The translations under genes and the position numbers were made by a program. Source: a virus. Taken from it: a stretch of DNA of 64,000 bases. This document shows positions 63,264 to 64,000 of the stretch, one piece after another. The stretch covers positions 76,421-140,420 of IMG/VR virus record IMGVR_UViG_3300046820_003928, one strand, 5' to 3'. Position 1 is the stretch's first letter. Every line of letters starts with the position of its first letter. The notes under the pieces are model-generated. The model did no database searches, was not told where the DNA came from, and worked only from the letters and a program-made list of their open reading frames with translations.

Positions 63264-64000
63264 CTAGCTCACATCTATCACAAGCAGCTTGCCTTGCATA
63301 TTTTTCAAGGCCTCAGAAGCAGCAGTTGATATGATCTGCTTAAGACCAAGAATTGCATTACGAATCTTAGGAGGGGCTGTCTTAAGATTTTCAGAGAAGT
63401 GAAGTTTTCTTTTATCCAGTATCTCTTGCGTCAACATCTCGGGTGCTGCCTCTAAGAATCCACCGTTCAGCCAGCCGTTCCGTGCAGATCCCATTGTGAG
63501 ATATTGCACGATCTCATCTTCGAAATCCTGCGAAAGAACAGGAAATAAGGGATCAGATGGATCTTGAGACCAGTATCTATCAATAAGCTCTTTAAATGTG
63601 GGAGAAATAATCTCAACATGAGCCTCTTCTGATTGTCCGTCAATATTGAAAAATGCATGAAAAGCCATCCAGGGAGATGCGTTAAACATCTTGCCCTCTG
63701 CTCCGGCTGATGTGTAGAGAATGACAAGATCACTACCACCAAGATCCTCAGGAATATCACGAAAACCAAGGCGACGAAGATCTCGAATCGCCTGCTCATC
63801 GAGCGGGAGAACAGCGCCACGATCCCTTGCGCCCCTCCGGATATCAAAGCCCATCATATCAAGATCAAGATCATCGATGTTACCAATGAAGGGGGCCACA
63901 AAGACTCGATAAGGAATGTTACCGTATAGCTTGAGGGCCTTGTCCTCATATGACCTGCTGGTCGCAAACTTTGCAGCTGCCGTGGGATTTGCATCATATG
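63264..64000 (-). CDS. Hypothetical protein (5' end beyond right edge)
   Basis: The frame stays open upstream of the track's GTG at 63899 (...YDANPTAAAKFATSRSYEDKALKLYGNIPYRVFV...) to the window end. Confidence 0.7.
   Translation of the reverse strand, partial: YDANPTAAAKFATSRSYEDKALKLYGNIPYRVFVAPFIGNIDDLDLDMMGFDIRRGARDRGAVLPLDEQAIRDLRRLGFRDIPEDLGGSDLVILYTSAGAEGKMFNASPWMAFHAFFNIDGQSEEAHVEIISPTFKELIDRYWSQDPSDPLFPVLSQDFEDEIVQYLTMGSARNGWLNGGFLEAAPEMLTQEILDKRKLHFSENLKTAPPKIRNAILGLKQIISTAASEALKNMQGKLLVIDVS

Noticed and set aside
269-63912. Many short plus-strand and nested ORFs in the track (e.g. 940-1386, 5396-5758, 57631-58077)
   Set aside because: They are antisense or alternate-frame shadows of long motif-bearing genes, with no SD and no motifs. 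Only 53760-53981 and 61155-61535 are credible plus-strand genes.
1-64000. Stop-codon reassignment, as seen in some large phages
   Set aside because: Genes are full length and tightly packed in code 11, and TAA, TAG and TGA all end genes cleanly.
1-64000. tRNA/rRNA genes, introns, inteins, transposases
   Set aside because: Intergenic gaps are short and show no cloverleaf signatures. TerL, primase and PrkA are of normal length, with no intein or homing-endonuclease motifs seen.

Overview
This is a 64-kb segment of a large, probably jumbo, contractile-tailed dsDNA phage with distant T4-like (myovirus) core genes. It is densely coding in the standard genetic code and almost entirely on the minus strand. 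Left to right: (1) packaging/head genes: a truncated hypothetical, gp20-like portal and gp17-like large terminase; (2) DNA metabolism: an Mre11-Rad50 (SbcD-SbcC) fusion, primase and RuvC-like resolvase; (3) a ~25-kb baseplate/tail block of Ser/Thr/Gly-rich proteins, with gp6-, gp25- and gp5-like genes; (4) a gp55-like late sigma factor; (5) a ~12-kb glycan cluster with GT4s, GT2s, Gmd, a short DegT-type enzyme, SGNH, acyltransferase, cupin and three different fucosyltransferase-family genes in an AT-rich core, directly next to two tail-fibre genes; (6) an accessory block: PIN-PhoH, a stand-alone sigma region-4 protein, an Hc1-like histone-like protein, a GroEL-like protein lacking the ATP-binding motif, a complete yeaH-spoVR-prkA module, a zinc peptidase, an atypical kinase and small proteins sharing an N-terminal R..I.EEI-type motif. 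I found a recurrent ATANTTA motif upstream of probable late genes, and several sigma70-like promoters placed to give leaderless mRNAs. I saw no tRNA, rRNA, CRISPR array or mobile element. All calls come from recognising motifs by eye; no database searches were run.
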